The notes beneath the pieces are model-generated. The model made no database searches, had not been told where the DNA came from, and saw only the letters and a program-made list of their open reading frames with translations. From Paraglomus brasilianum (lineage: Eukaryota): a DNA stretch of 64,000 bases. Below, piece after piece: positions 11,537-26,020 of the stretch. Where the stretch lies: NCBI GenBank assembly GCA_910592345.1, contig CAJVPI010000011.1, positions 1 to 64,000 on the forward strand. The letters are read 5' to 3'. The position numbers and the translations under genes are program-made. Positions within the stretch are counted from its first letter, which is position 1, and the number at the start of each line of letters is the position of its first letter.

Positions 11537-12922
11537 TCAATCGTGATCTTCCTCCGTTTCACCTGGACACTCTCTCTCCAGCTCATCCGCATCTTTGTAC
11601 ACCGACCCACAATAAAAGCAATAGTGATGCTTTTCACGCAGGTAATCAAGTATGACGCCGAGTTGGATACGCGTGTCTTCCGGTGATAAGTTCCCATCCG
11701 CGACATCATCATGCTTGTCGCTCTCTCTCCCTTTCTCGTTCCCATCTTCATCAGACTCTGCCAGGGTTGACTGATCGTCCGCGGGGTCCGTCTCTGGAGT
11801 CCACCAGAGGGGATTTTTCTTATGGTAAAGGAGAGTGAACGTGTTAGAATCATTTCTATGTCGCAGCTCGGTGTATTATTCGTTTAGTATAAGAACAATG
11901 TCCATTCCTATGTTCAATCTGGTTGCATACTCATACTCATACTAACATTGTGGATCATGTCTTCCCTTTGGTATGCCGAACAGACTGGTAGGGCCATTGA
12001 TCACACCAACTGCACAACATTCATCCACTAATATCGAATTAAAGTTTCAAACATACCTCAACACCCTAAAGTGTATTACATACAAAATCAATAGAATCAT
12101 GAATTAAGTATCCAGTACAATGCATGGTTCGATTACGTATTTCTTCCTCTTCTTCTTCTTAATCACTTACTATCTTCACATCTAAATCTTCACATATCCT
12201 CTTGGCCGATTCCAACTGTGCGAACGCCCGCTTCTCTAGTCGTCCTTCTCGTATCCTCGAACGATACTCTTCATCTTCGATCCTAGCTTTCTTAACAGCG
12301 CGCTCTACTTCTTCACTCTCACGTTCTCTAATTTCCGTACCCAATCCAAGACCGGATCGACCTTTTGAATAAGAAGCAGTATGTAAAAAAAAAAAGACGT
12401 TCCTCGGTTTAGATAAAGTCTTGTAAATCTCAACTGCCAATCACTTGGCAAAAACTATTCAACCGACCACTTATCACAAGCGCATCGCGATTGATGGTTA
12501 GGCATGATCACGGAACAACAATACTCGGATCCATGAACAGGCGATAGCTGATAGAATTATGGCATACACAATAACGAATGCCTCCGATCGAGCGTATTTT
12601 CATCTAACTAACCTTGTCTAATCTCTACAGGCACTGGGTCGATCCTTCCACCCGCTGATCTTCCTAATGCCATGCCCTCCTTGTATCCCATTCTCCTAAG
12701 TAACATCAATCCAGGCGACGCATTTTCCTCTGTATCTATCCGTTGACTCAGTCCTTGTTCACGGCTTTCTTTCTCACGTTCTCGAAGTGGTTTGATAGAT
12801 CCCCTGTTAGACGATAACTTTAACCGACGGCGCTCGCTGTATGTAAGCGTCGCTTTTTTGGGTTTTGGTGTTTCCGCTAAGAATATATCGGACATATAAT
12901 CTTCTGGGTCTGAAGAAGACAT
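11537..12922 (-). CDS. GPATCH11: G-patch domain protein, GPATCH11/DUF4187-like, multi-exon
   Basis: N-terminal MSSSDPEDYMSD; G-patch GLMLLRRMGYKEGMALG...PVPVEIRQ/GRSGLG; C-terminal YLREKHHYCFYCGSVYKDADELERECPGETEEDHD* (DUF4187-type). Confidence 0.88.
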
Positions 12923-13639
12923 TTTTGAAGGAAACAGAATCGTCCATTCGAGAGGAGTGTATGACAAATTTAAGTTACACGATTTCTTAAACAGGTGAAA
13001 CCTATTTAAACCCAACGGACCTGTTTTGCTGTTTTTCGGCCAGAGATCCGTTATTATTATTGTATTCTAACTAGAGGATCATGTGATATAAAGTATTTTA
13101 ATAATGCTAACGTCGAACGTCTTTATTGATGATTGATCAGGATGGGAAACAACGATTTGACAAGCCGAAAAGACAACGTACTACGGGGACTGTAGGAGTG
13201 CGATCGAAAAATCTTCCTAAAACCTTTTGTTGAAGGCTCTGTACCCTTTCTAACTCTATAATTGGCGCAATCTACTGATGTCGTTCTTTCCCGCAGGAAA
13301 ATTGTCGGCTGTGTTTAAGAAACTCAATTGCTGATTTGAACATTGTCGACGACGTATGATATTTTCCTTGGTGTTTCAACGATCTCAACCGAATCGTCTT
13401 CATATACAACCGATTGAATAATAATTTCATCGCTGAATGGAAACTGAATCATCACTATGTAGATATACTAAGATTCCCGTCGTCACCACAAAGCATACCT
13501 TCAGCAGTTTCTCTATTAGTATAAGTTAATTGTTAGAAAGGTTTTCTAGACAGTTACAATCTTCCATTTCCAATTGTAATGTCGCCTTGTTCCGTATCAT
13601 AGGTATATAACGATTCGATGGTTTCTCAAACTGTTTCAA

Positions 13640-14470
13640 TCCCATCCGGCAGGATGCTAGTCTTCCTCCAACAGTTTACAATAGTACTTGGTTTATCATA
13701 GTCCCACGCGTCCGCATTGCATCCTTGATAATGAAAGGTTTGAGTAAAATGTTCATTGTCTAAAGCTTCGTCATGAGCATCTACACGATTTGTATAAACT
13801 TTTGCCTATACTAAGCTTTGAATGACCGAATTATACCAGCATCGCATGACTGCAATGCACTTGTGGTGCGAGGTGGTAAGAAATGTAATGTGATATTCGG
13901 GAGGCCTTGCGGCTCTTTATGGCATGATGCGTTGTTTAAAAGCATTAAAAATCTTTTGCATCGAGATTCACAAGCCAATCCATAAAGATCAAAATCTAAC
14001 ATTCAATCAATTCCTTTCTCAGATAGTACAGTAATGTGCGGGAAGTTTATTCTTGCTAATTTCTTGGAGAGCTCGTGGATTTTGGCTCCTATTAATAAGA
14101 ACGACGGGCAACTTCTCTGTTCCAGTAGAGTTTCGCTGCAAAGAGGACTGTAATTCTCTCCATCGAGATGGTATTCTTCAGTTTTTTGTTGTAATAAGCA
14201 AATTCAGCGCGCTGCTAAAAAGCCAACGGTTACGGTTTCGCGGGAAATAAATCTTCAGGATTCCATGGTTGTAAAATATCTCTTAGCTTTAGGTGATTAT
14301 TCAAATTGCAACAGAGTCGATATCACGATTATCAATTAAGATGCATCGATAAAGCTTCCTCTAGTTGTGGCCATTTTGGGAGTCGTCTTAACTGCCAACC
14401 ATATATGCTGACTGTACTGCTCCCACATTTGAATTGGTTTGCTATTTCAAAGTTGGATGTTGCAATTTCA
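13640..14470 (-). mobile_element. Decayed Tigger/pogo (CENP-B-like, DDE_1) transposase
   Basis: Frameshifted segments KWPQLEEAL, ERITVLFAA.STGTEKLPVVLINRSQNPRA, LLNNASCH...NITLHFLPPRTTSALQSCDAGIIRSFKA and TIVNCWRKTSIL. Confidence 0.85.
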
Positions 14471-14972
14471 TCTGAATACAATGGCCATAACTCCAATATC
14501 ACATGATTCATAGATTAACGGTTTAAAGGCAGCGCCCTTTAGTAAATTTACAACACAAGTTTCACGTGTGCGAAGAATTTCAGGGGTTCGATTGACGGAA
14601 TGGATACTAATACTAATACCTACGCTTGACGTTGCTAATGAGGCTGAAATAGAAAGAAGAAATAAATAAACTTCTGCAAAACTTCCAATTATCAGATTGA
14701 CCAAGTTTTTATCAAAGGAGTATGGTTTATTGTAATATATTAATATTAAAAAGTTAAATAGAAAATTGAATTTCTTGAAAAATAAAATAGCGTCGAATAC
14801 ATCTTCATGGAGATCGATCATGAAACAGAATTTGTATTCTCGACAAAGCAGTACCGACTTATTTGCAGCAGATAGTAAAGAATATCTTGGTATCCAGCAT
14901 TGTTAACAATTCTGTCATAGATAAAGTTTAAATCAACAGCACTGAAATCGTAAAAAAGAAGCATGTATCATA

Positions 14973-15115
14973 CATAGTGAAAATCGATAAGTCGGACAAA
15001 ATCCCTCTGCCCTTTTCTTTTTTTCATATTAAAATACTTTTGATAAGTCGGATTCCTTGATAAGTCGGATAATCATGCCCAGCCAGTCGTGTTCGACTTA
15101 TCGAGTTTCACTGTG
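14973..15115. mobile_element. MITE (pogo/Tigger-like), 143 bp, TA target-site duplication
   Basis: Left end CATAGTGAAAATCGATAAGTCGGAC versus right end (reverse complement) CACAGTGAAACTCGATAAGTCGAAC, 3 mismatches in 25. TA on both sides; GATAAGTCGGA is repeated internally. Confidence 0.8.
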
Positions 15116-17429
15116 TATGATCTTTTTCTAATATTGCTTGCCTACAGTTACGAGAATCCAATGTAAGAATTAGAAGTTAGAATACACTAGCTAATTTAGA
15201 TTAATAGTCAAATATTTGGTACGACAGGTATCGAAACCCCAGATTTCGACGCATTGTTCAATAAATAATGAAAGTTAGATTATTAATTTATTGAATTAAT
15301 AATTGTAAATTCCGAATAATAGCGACAACCAGCACATAAAGCTAGAAACGAAATTCTAGTTGCGCAAATTTAGAATTTACTATTCACACTTTCACTGAAA
15401 ATAGAAAATTCCTCAAAGCAATGAGTAAGCGTTATACTTGTAAACGCTTTCGTTATTATTTGAAGTGTTTTATGTCTTGCAGCCTTCATACAGTATATGG
15501 TGAGGAAAGTTTGAATATTGGAAAAAAAAAGTGATCAAAAAATATGATAATAATATTCATATTAACAGATTATGAAACAATCCATTTATGATAGTATATT
15601 TTCATTATTGTCATTATGGATAACTGTCAATATAAAGTCATATTTAGCAACGAATCTCGATTAATAATTATACCCGCATGTCACTAGGCACAAAACTGTT
15701 TGCTTAATGATGTTAGTCCCTGGAATAAACTAACTCTGCATTCTTGACCAATATCGGCTTTAATAGACAACATGTATTAATAACTTAATCATGCTATAAG
15801 ACTTGTCAGATTGTCTCTTACGCATTTAGAAACTCATTCACAAGTCTTATCAGTATTTCTTTAATAATAAAATTTTCAGTATCGATATTTGATCGGCTAT
15901 GCCATGCAGTTTACTGAAGCAGATCACATATAGTTCTTGAATTTTAAAGCCAACAAGAAAATTTTCAATAATAATTACACCCCTTAAATGTTACAAGTCA
16001 AATACAAGCCCTTCAAGTTAACTGGCTTATAACGTTTCACGTAACAGACAGTTATTTCACGGATTACTATTTAATTCTAAACAATAGACAATGTATTTTC
16101 AAACTGTTTCATGTTAAAACACTCGAACTTTTATCAAGTTTGTACATATTACATGAGACATTATTCAGTCCTCACAAAAATTTTATATATAATGCGCGAC
16201 TTATGACCGAGTTTATCTGACGGCAAAGCCTTAAAATGGGGGGTTTTTTCTTTGCTTCCTAAAGATGTAGACAAATAATATCAAAGAATATTAAGCTTGT
16301 GTTCATGATAATGTAACAATATTGAAGTATCTTACAAAGATACTTGTTTTTAACAAATGTCTATTGTGCAACAAACGCTAAAGCTTTAAATTCCGGAACA
16401 TGTCTTCGGTTAAATAAAGGTATTGTACGTCAGAGAACGATTCGGATAAGAGCCTTTTGTATAGGTAATAGAAAAATAACAAATTAATTTTTAACCACCT
16501 TCTTATTTGATTGACGCCGTATCGACATGGGTAGGACATTGTAAGTGGTAAAACTTGAGACCTTTGGTTACATAAAGACTGAAGGAAGCTCCAAGTAAGT
16601 TTTTTGACTGTTCATCAACTCTTGACCTTTTTATTATTGATTGATTTTAATTGATCAACCAATTATTGTTTTTATAAGTTATTGTTATAAAAATGTTGTG
16701 ATACTATAGTATTTCTGCTCATTGTCACATCAAATTGCACAAACATAATGACAATTAATTAACAGCTGCCCATTTCTCTCACCAGTTGCAAAACACTCAA
16801 TTATTCTTATATTTATTCTTAATTTTTACGTATATGCATAAATGGCGTTGTTCTACTATATACGTTGTGCTATCTTATCTCGTAACAGCACGCGATATAG
16901 CTCTCGACTGTTTGATTTTACGTAGTTCAAAGATGTGTCTCTCCATTCACTGCATCTTGAGGATATAGGCGCTCCTCCCCGAGACAAATGACTTCCATTA
17001 TTCAACCTAAATTTAGCATAAACACATTATTATACTATTGCATTATTGTACCAATAGCACTCGCTTGTCGCTTTTGTTATACGATTGTGGGTGAATTTTA
17101 TCCGCATCACCCACGTGATACAAGTTCAAATAATGCTGTAGTTACTCTCAATCTTATTTAAGCTTTTATAAATGCCATAACATTCGGAGTACTTTAATTT
17201 AAACACAGAAGGCTATCAGATCAAGCATGCTGTTAGTGTGACAAGCACGGTTCGAATTACCGTACTTAAATCACAGTAGTAGGCGTTGTGTTTTGTTTAT
17301 AGTAGTCGGCAGCCAATCATAATTGATGTCGAAAGGCCAATCAATTAATATTAAATTATGCAGAAGCATAGACTCGCAGGTGAGTCAGTCTATAATTATA
17401 TCATTACTATTATTATTATTGGCACAAGC

Positions 17430-20400
17430 ATGTTTAAACAAAAGACATCCCCAGCAGAACAAACACAGACGACACCTTCTATTCATCGGAAGATTACGTT
17501 ATCTATCGACACGGATTCATTCGTATTGACAGGTGGTAATGACATCGTGGGAATTGATTTAGACACCGGAAATCTATCCGTCAAAGGTAAAGACAAAATT
17601 GTCCCTCTAAGAACGAAACAAAGTTACTTGGGCTAACCAACTCTATTTTACAGATGACTATATGCCAACATCTACCACAAGGCATTATGAAATTTACGGG
17701 ATAATCGGATTCATTAAGCTGCTAAGCAGTCAGTATGTTTCTGAGAATTAATTTTATTAATATGAGGCGCATAAGACGGCTCCCACTCATATTTATTCAT
17801 ATATCATTCAAACATATGAACAGACGACTATATTATAGTCGTCACTAATCGCAGGCCTCTTGGTCAGATTCAAGGGAAGACTATTTACGCCATCACGAGA
17901 ATTGCCGTCGTTCCATTCGAATATGAAGAAGCCTGCCGTGTTTTAGACCGTCGTGTATGCTATTTGATCTTTGATGTTGATTGTAATAAAATTCCTATAT
18001 TCAATATAATCTTTGTAGGTTGTCAGAGAGATTGAAGATTTGTCTTCAACAACCGATAGCCTCTCGATCCCTATTCCGTCCCACGGCCGTGTTACATCTG
18101 AAGACGTTGACCCTGCAACAACAATGATATCAGAGAGAGAACTATCATCCACTCCGGAATCAACGACTCCAATTAGTCAATCACTTCCCACAGAAACTAG
18201 TATCACCGAAACTAACGTTACCTCAACGGACTCTACGACTTTCGTGCAATCTTCAAGACCTTCTAGAATGGAATCGTTTAGACAGCCTGTGAATTCATTG
18301 TTTGCGAAAGTGAAATCGGCCTTCACCAAGAGACCTTCATCGGTTGCATCTGACACATCCGACGATGCTGAGAAAGATATCGAGTTCGAGAGTGTAACGA
18401 TATCGGAAACTGTTGTATTCCGTCAAGTCACCCCTGAGGGTGAATGTAGGGAGGACGAGAATGACGAAAAAGAGGATGAGAATGATAAAAAGGGGTTTGG
18501 GGCTGCTGCTAAGAGATTAACAGTAATGGCTTGGGATGGGCTAAAAAACGAGGTTGTCGGTGTACGGGACGTTGTCGCTTTAAACAACGTAACGGATTTT
18601 AAGGTAAGAGAGAAAAGAATGAATAAGAATGTATTTCATACGATTTAGTCTTGGCAAGTCACTTATGATAGCAATCTTTATATATTAGATATTGGATGAA
18701 CGCATAATAAAAGAGATCGTGTTATTGTTCCGAGGAGAGTCCTTTTACTTTTCATATGACTATGGTGGGTGTATCAATATATATGAATTTGAGATAAACA
18801 ATACTTACTAGTTTCTGTTACTTTGGATTTGTGTCACTATATAATTAACAGACAATTTATCGTTAAATAGATCTCACAACATCCTTACAACAGAAGGAAG
18901 ACAAATTGGCAGCATGCGAGAATATTCCACTATGGAAACAAGTAAGATACCAGGATCAGCTAACCATTCTCTTTGGATTTCGTCATGCGTCATATGCGAA
19001 CCATCCTTTATGGTATAATAGATGACAAAGCAGTTCTGGTGGAACGAATCAATGTTACAGTGTCTGATTGACATGGAGGTAAATATCAAGTATACAGGTT
19101 TTGGTTCAATAGACGTTTTCCCGCGTTGACTAATCAATGTCGTCTTGTTTGTTCTATTTTAGCTTCACTCATGGATTTTGCCCATAATGCAAGGCTATGT
19201 ACAAATTGAATCGTGCGAAATAGAAGATCTGCCCTTTTATTTGATTTTGATTTCTCGGCGAAGCAGAGAACGCGCAGGTATGCTAAAGTTTCTTGTTTGT
19301 AATAATTAGAATTTGACGTACTAACTAGTGTTCTATATAGGATTAAGATATCAAAGACGCGGAATAAACGAACAGGGACACGTGGCCAACTTTGTCGAAA
19401 CAGAGCAGATTCTTTTGGCAACAGTAAATATAGGGAACTTTTATTCTTTCAATGTTTTTGTGAGCACGCCATTTTCATAGTAAACCTGCTTTACTGCTTA
19501 TATCTTCTAGATAGATAATGTACCGAATGTTGTTTCGTTTTTACAAGCGAGGGGTTCAAGTGAGTTGACTGTAACGTTCTCATTATTTACGCCTATTAGT
19601 AGTCTTGAGTAGACTAACGCTCGTGCATTGGTAGTGCCATTATTCTGGTCACAATCTCCATATGGCTTAAAGCCTAAACCGGTATTGGAGCGTAAACCAA
19701 AGGACAATGAATTAGCAATCGCTGCACATTTTCGTCAATTGATTGAACAATACGGACATATCGTTTGTATTAGTTTAACCGAGTCAACTGGTCGTGAGCA
19801 GATAATTGGTAGTGCCTATCAAGAGGCAGTTGCAAATTTAAACAATGATAATATTGGGTAAGTATGTTGGTACGTATCGCGATCAACCACAATTTCGATT
19901 GACAAAGGGAAATGTTACGTGTCTTCACTTTATCAGATACGTAGAATTTGATTTCCATAGAGAATGTAGAGGGATGAAGTATGAAAACATTTCAAACCTG
20001 ATTGTCCAATTGGAGAGTGAGTTTTCGGCGATGGGGTAAGTAATTATAGCAGAAATAAATGAAAGAGTCGGAACGTGTGGTCTTACTTTGGTTTGTCATT
20101 GTTTAGATATTTCTGGAAAGCTGAAGGGTCTCCAGTACACTGCCGTCAGACTGGAATATTTCGCACCGTAAGACTGCGGATTTGTTACAAAGGCTTTTGT
20201 TTTGTACACATTATTAATGGGGGTTTTCCAATGTATTTAGAATTGTATGGATTGCTTAGACAGAACAAACGTAGTACAGGTCAGTTTGATAGCATTCTGC
20301 TGATACCCTCGGAGGTTTCAACGTCTCACACGTTCCATCTTAAACAGAGTGCACTCGCACGTCACATTCTTGTTCTTCAACTCCTTCGGTTTGGACTACC

Positions 20401-22086
20401 AGAAATACTAGACAATGGAGTGTCGCACTATGACGCATTTGAAAATAGTTTCAATGATGGTAATGATGGTAATGGTAATAATTCTGGCACTCGTTCTACT
20501 TGTGATTGTTAAGAAATTCTGTTCTTTATCAGTATGGGCAAATAACGGGGATTCAATCAGCAGGGAGTATGCAGGAACTAGTGCACTGAAGAGCGATTTC
20601 ACAAGGTAAAACGATTGAATATGATGAGATATATACAGTTCATAAAGACTGTGTTATTAATAGATAAATTCTCTTTTTATATTAGGACGGGTAAGCCGCA
20701 TTTTGATGATTTTACTGTGACTATCAAAACAACCGATTTTCTCACATTTACGGATATATTATACTTTCGCTAAAGGTAAACGCAATATTCAGGGAATGGT
20801 CAACGATGCATCAAACTCGCTAGCCCGGATGTATCAGAATACGTTTAGAGACTTTTTCCGTCAGGTGATTGCCATGATTGTCTGGAGATAATAACCGTGT
20901 AGAGAGAATGGGATTTAGCTTTTATTTAATCGCTCAATTTTTTATGCTTGTAAATTTTAGGCAACTATTGACTACCTTCTTGGACATCGAACTGTAGAAG
21001 TATTTGAAGAATTGCAGAGACGTTTTGAAACGTCTGAACCAGGCGAAGAGGATCGCTGGGCTAAGATTAGAGCAACAGCAAGTAAGTTGTCTTCAAAATA
21101 GGGTTTATTCGTGCAATAACATATACCTTATTAATTGCTTTTTTTAATATCGCTCTTTCATTCTCGTAGTTGAAATAAGTAGTTCCATAGTAATTTATGA
21201 CAATGAGGTTAAATCAAATGGATGGACTTTTCTATCGCCGTCCGAGCCAAACGCCAAGTATGCTATAATGTATAACATTTGATACCCTTTTCACGTATTA
21301 GAAATTCTCAACTCTTGATTGTAAACATTTGCAGGCGGAGTAAATCATATGAAGAGAAGGTTTTATTGCTAACAAATAAAGCACTGTATATCTGTACTTA
21401 TCACTATGGCCTTGAGAAGATTGTCCAATTTGTCAGAATTGGATTAGGAGAGATTCAAGGCATAGTCAAGGGTTTGTTCACTTACAATTAGATGATAATT
21501 TGTAGAACGGTGCTCTTACCTCAGTTTTGATTCTAACATCCTCACCTTTATTAGGGGAATACATTTTAACAACTTTATATACATCATGCACAACCGTCGA
21601 TGATAATTATGGACTCATGATTTATTACTGTGCGGCTGGTGAATCCACGCGTCTTAATTCTGGAAGCATAAGAAATAATGCTGACCATCACACGGAAAAC
21701 GATGAGGAAGAGACAAAGTTTGTAGCGTTTAAAGCATTCCGGAGTAATATCGTTGGGGAAGCTACCAAGTTCGATAGTGGAGCTAGCGGCGATCATATAG
21801 CAGGCACGCAGACCGCAAAACAGGTTGTCAACGAAGTTGTGAGCGAGATTGTAGCCGCCTGTCAAGCGATCGGAAACCATAAGGAATCCTTCGTGGTTGA
21901 ACAGCCAATCATAAGGTAAAAAAAAAAAAAAACAACGGAACTTGACTCTTTCTTGTAATGGTATCATTATCTAGATGTTTTTACTTACAAAGACATTCTC
22001 TCGTCTGTAGTTTTATTGAAGCTAATAAGAATACAGGCATAATGACGAAAGTTGGATTCCAGGTCAAGCGGGCACTGTGGCTATAG
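17430..22086 (+). CDS. SAC-domain phosphoinositide phosphatase with C-terminal hSac2 domain (SAC2/INPP5F-like), many exons
   Basis: Motifs FYFSYDY, LISRRSRERA.LRYQRRGINEQGHVANFVETEQI, RGS.PLFWSQ, catalytic RT/NCMDCLDRTNVVQ (CX5R), [28 protein letters not shown]; hSac2-type EEKVLLLTNKALYIC; ends KRALWL*. Confidence 0.92.
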
Positions 22087-22421
22087 GGAGTTATTATTGT
22101 AAATTTCGTATTTATTAGTGGCCATTTTCTCAAAAAACATTACGAAAGCCGAGCGACTATCATTCGAATCGCACGGGGCCCAATAGTTTCAATTTACGTT
22201 ACGTTAAATACATATGATAGATGCTTGTTGTAATAAAATTCTTGCATAAACATTCAATATGGCAATTGATATTTATTAGAACAATGTAAATAATTCCTTC
22301 TATATTATTCTACTTGATTATCTCTTAAATCTAATACGTGGTAACGGTCGCATTTCTTTGTGGTCGAAATTCATCGACCAGCTAAAATCTGGCTCTTCCT
22401 GATAAGGTGCTTTCAGGATGC

Positions 22422-25135
22422 TTAATCAAACTCTTCCGGTAGACTCAGACCTTTAACCAAACTTTTCTGTCTTCTCTTCATGACATCTGTCTCGCTTACG
22501 ATATGGCGCTGTTCCCACTTGACGTGCTCACGTTCATTAATAGGTGTAAGGATAGCCTCAGATGCACTCGTATGCAAATGAGTCTCAGTATTAATATCAT
22601 TGCTATATAGTATAGTTATGTCTGGCAGTGAGTGAGATATATGAAGAGACTGAGGACGGGAAGACATGTCTATTTCATCGTGATGATGGCTTTTTTGAGC
22701 CATCGTCTCACGTTCAGTTGCAGCATTGCCGTTCCTTAAAATACCATGATCATCTGTATTACCGACTTCGGTGATTCTTATAAACGGCTTATCCTCATAA
22801 CATTCCATGAACCATCTTGCAATAGCTCTTACTGCACCATGGCTTTCCGGCAACAATGTCATCATCAACAAAAATGCGTGTCCTTGTCCCTTGATTAAAC
22901 GTACTTCAACATCCTCGACTTCGCTTGAGTTTGCGCCTACAGCACTCGTACGGTGTGCTGATTGTCGCATTTTACGTTTAGCTTCGCGAATACGCCCCGC
23001 AAATACGCAAGTATCATCCACTAGAGGATCTTTTTCCCCACACATGAAGTACGTGCGAGGGAACTGAGAGAGTATTTTATCAGGTGCTACAATTGGTGAG
23101 AGATAATAGTCGGCGCGGAAGTCAGGGTAGTTATTGGGACCAAGGTAGAGAATGGCCATTGCACGCATCTTTCGGAAAAACAAGATGAAATTATTAATGT
23201 TGGAGCGAAAATATTAACGACTCTCGCCAAGACGATGATGGTATAAAAACACTTACCAGATCTGGCGTAAGCACACGATCATGAATAAAACTCATACGAC
23301 TTGTCATTGCTAAACGGGTTTCAATAGCTGTTCGCGGGTGCGTTTTTTCACTATGTTGAGGGCTTGGTGGTTTCACATCCACAACTTGAATACGCTGTTC
23401 GATAGTCTTTTCGTTTTCGTCGATGGATCTGGAGAAACTCCACCTTCGCTTCTTAACATCCGGTACAACAGCCAAAGGACTCTGGTAGCGCAGATGATCT
23501 TTTGATTCCATGATGCTTGGGATCGAACCGGTTGATTCTGCGCGTAAAACTGCTACATGTGCAGGAGGCATCCAACATGTAATGTTAAAATCTAAGCATG
23601 GATAAACAAAGACCAAAGCACATGGATGAGAAAGGGGGGTCGGAGATTCAATTATTTTGCACATAACTGCGGCTACAAAGTTCCCTCCGCTACAAAAGTA
23701 ATGGGAAGTTAAATACGTGTCAACTGGTTGTTTTGGTCAAAAAAGACTTTGGTGATGCGGAATCACTTACGCAGAATCACCAAACAAAGAAATTTTAATT
23801 CTCTCTTTCGACCGTCCATCTTCATATTTCCATCCACTCAATCCAATAATCTCTCCATTGCTCTCGACAATACTCTTATAGGCGTCAAAGCACTCATCCA
23901 AACCATATGGATACGGATATTCAGGTGCCTTTGCATAGTTAACACAGACGATCGGTATTCCAGTTTTTTTGGTTAAATGTGATAGATACTCTTCATGACA
24001 AGGCGGAGGCATTGTAACAAATCCTCCACCTGGAAAGTGGAGAATTATTCTATCGGTGTTCTTGTACGATTCAACCGTACCAGCATAATATATCCATACT
24101 TTTATAGTCGTCTGTCCGTAAGCACTGTTCTGTGGACGTGGGATGGAGATTTCTTTGGCGATTGTAAGACGGGGACTGCCAAGTTTGATAAGTGCTCTAA
24201 AATAGGGATTGAGCATCTTCTCCCAAGATACGCGCATATGTCTTACTGTTATCGTGGCTCTAATACGACGACACTGTTAATGGCAAAAAAAAAAATTTGC
24301 AATAAATACTTATCAACCTTTTACATATTAATCAATTCTCCAAACTAACCTTCTCGTCTGCTCGATCTGCAAATATTATATAGTAGATGGAGAATATGAT
24401 TGACACAAAATCCCTGAGAAATTTAGGTCTAATGCGCATGGCCGTCCAGAAACCTGCGTCGATTGCCGTCAGAACCCATGTGGCTCTGTAGTAATTACGA
24501 CTGTACTAATCATAAATGCTGTGTTAGATGTGTTACTCTTCATTAAAAAATCAAAGCATATTTAACATCGAGTTTATGTCGCATATACATACGAGTCTTG
24601 CTAACGGTTCTGGTGCTAACTCAACAATTGAAACCAAAAAATTAACGTTACAAGTTATTCGTATCGAGAGTTGCTGATATTTTGTTGTTATTAGAGAAAC
24701 AAAAGTGCTTACATCCAAGACCGACCAATCGATCAGCATTCTTTAGAATGTACATGCATGCCAAAGTGCCAGCTACAAGTTGGAAAGGCGAATACTTTGC
24801 TTACATATTGTTCAAAAGAAGAGTGATATCTTCGTTAGCCCAAACATAAATCACGCAGTTAATTACACAGTATAAACACTATAACGTTTGCCTGAGATAC
24901 TCACACAATTTCTCATTTAATCTGTGTAAGAGTTTTGGCCCGCGTCTATCGCTTTTGTACAAGTAGAAAAACCTACAATTGAAAATGAAGAATGTTGATT
25001 TTTATCGAACTGTAATAGTTCAGCGGATAGAAAGCATGGAATTTGTAGTACTTCCTCCTACCATGATATGGACACTAATAATACTTGAGCCCGTTTCCAT
25101 GAAGGCGAGGGTTTTCCCAAGATATGATCAATCAT
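22422..25135 (-). CDS. Hormone-sensitive-lipase-family alpha/beta hydrolase (fungal membrane-anchored type), multi-exon
   Basis: Starts MIDHILGKPSPSWKRAQV; YYRATWVLTAIDAGFWTAM; oxyanion loop HFPGGGF; nucleophile GDSA/GGNF; acid GEKDPLVDD; histidine GHAF. Confidence 0.9.
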
Positions 25136-25459
25136 GTTGGGGGAGGAGGATTATCAACTATGTCCCCAATTAGTCCGCATTTAGTTGTATGAAAGAGTCA
25201 CATGTATCACCGATTGGGTAATAATCCTATCAAAATCCCTACAAAGATCTCATCAAGATCAGATCATGCGCCCACGTGAACCAAATATGGGGCAGACTGC
25301 AACAAAACCAGACAAAGTGAACATAGCGATAGCTATTGAGCTAAAAATGGCGGATGTGGCTGGAAGATCAGCTAATATTAATATGGGAAAGGTGATCTAC
25401 AATATATGATGCAAGAATTTTTCTTACTGTTATTATTAATATTTGTTGCAGCATTTGTT

Positions 25460-25830
25460 TTACGTTCCCATGAGCGCGTGGTATTATACCATTCGTCGCT
25501 AGGTGATTCGAAGTGAGTGCGACCAATTCCTAACATATTTAGATACGTTTTCTGACAAAGCGGCGTATTGCAATCTCAATAGTAAACCGTTTTCTTATTA
25601 GTACGCGTTTTCTTTTTAAGACGTCGACTGGCAGTTATTTCTCCACCATTCATTGCTTTCAGCCGGGCCATTAAAAATATATCTTGTTCAGATCTAGAGA
25701 GAGCTTGAAACGATTCACGTAACTCGGCAAAATTTTCTCTCGGAATTATTTGAGCAACCACATTTGCAATCTAACTCCGAGAAACATATCGCTTTTTCAT
25801 ATTCGATGGAAGTATTACAATAATTATTTT
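25460..25830 (-). mobile_element. Decayed repeat-derived ORF (putative DNA transposase remnant), copy B
   Basis: CFSELDCKCGC...ELRESFQALSRSEQDIFLMARLKAMNGGEITASRRLKKKTRTNKKTVYY*DCNTPLCQKTYL, homologous to 3400-3835. Confidence 0.6.
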
Positions 25831-25837
25831 TCATATA

Positions 25838-26020
25838 CAGTGAACCCTCTCTAATATCCACCCCGTTAATATCAACCTCTCTATTAGCAACAGTGGTTAC
25901 AGAACGGATTTCCCCATATTTAAATTCTCCCGCATATATCAATTTGGATATCATATCCCGTTATCAACACATATCAGATTTTATTCCTAATTAAATGTAC
26001 CTCGCTGATATCAACATCAA
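25838..26020 (+). mobile_element. pogo/Tigger-like element terminus
   Basis: TA followed by CAGTGAACCCTCTCTAATATC, with repeated ATATCAAC subterminal motifs; no matching right end found. Confidence 0.45.
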
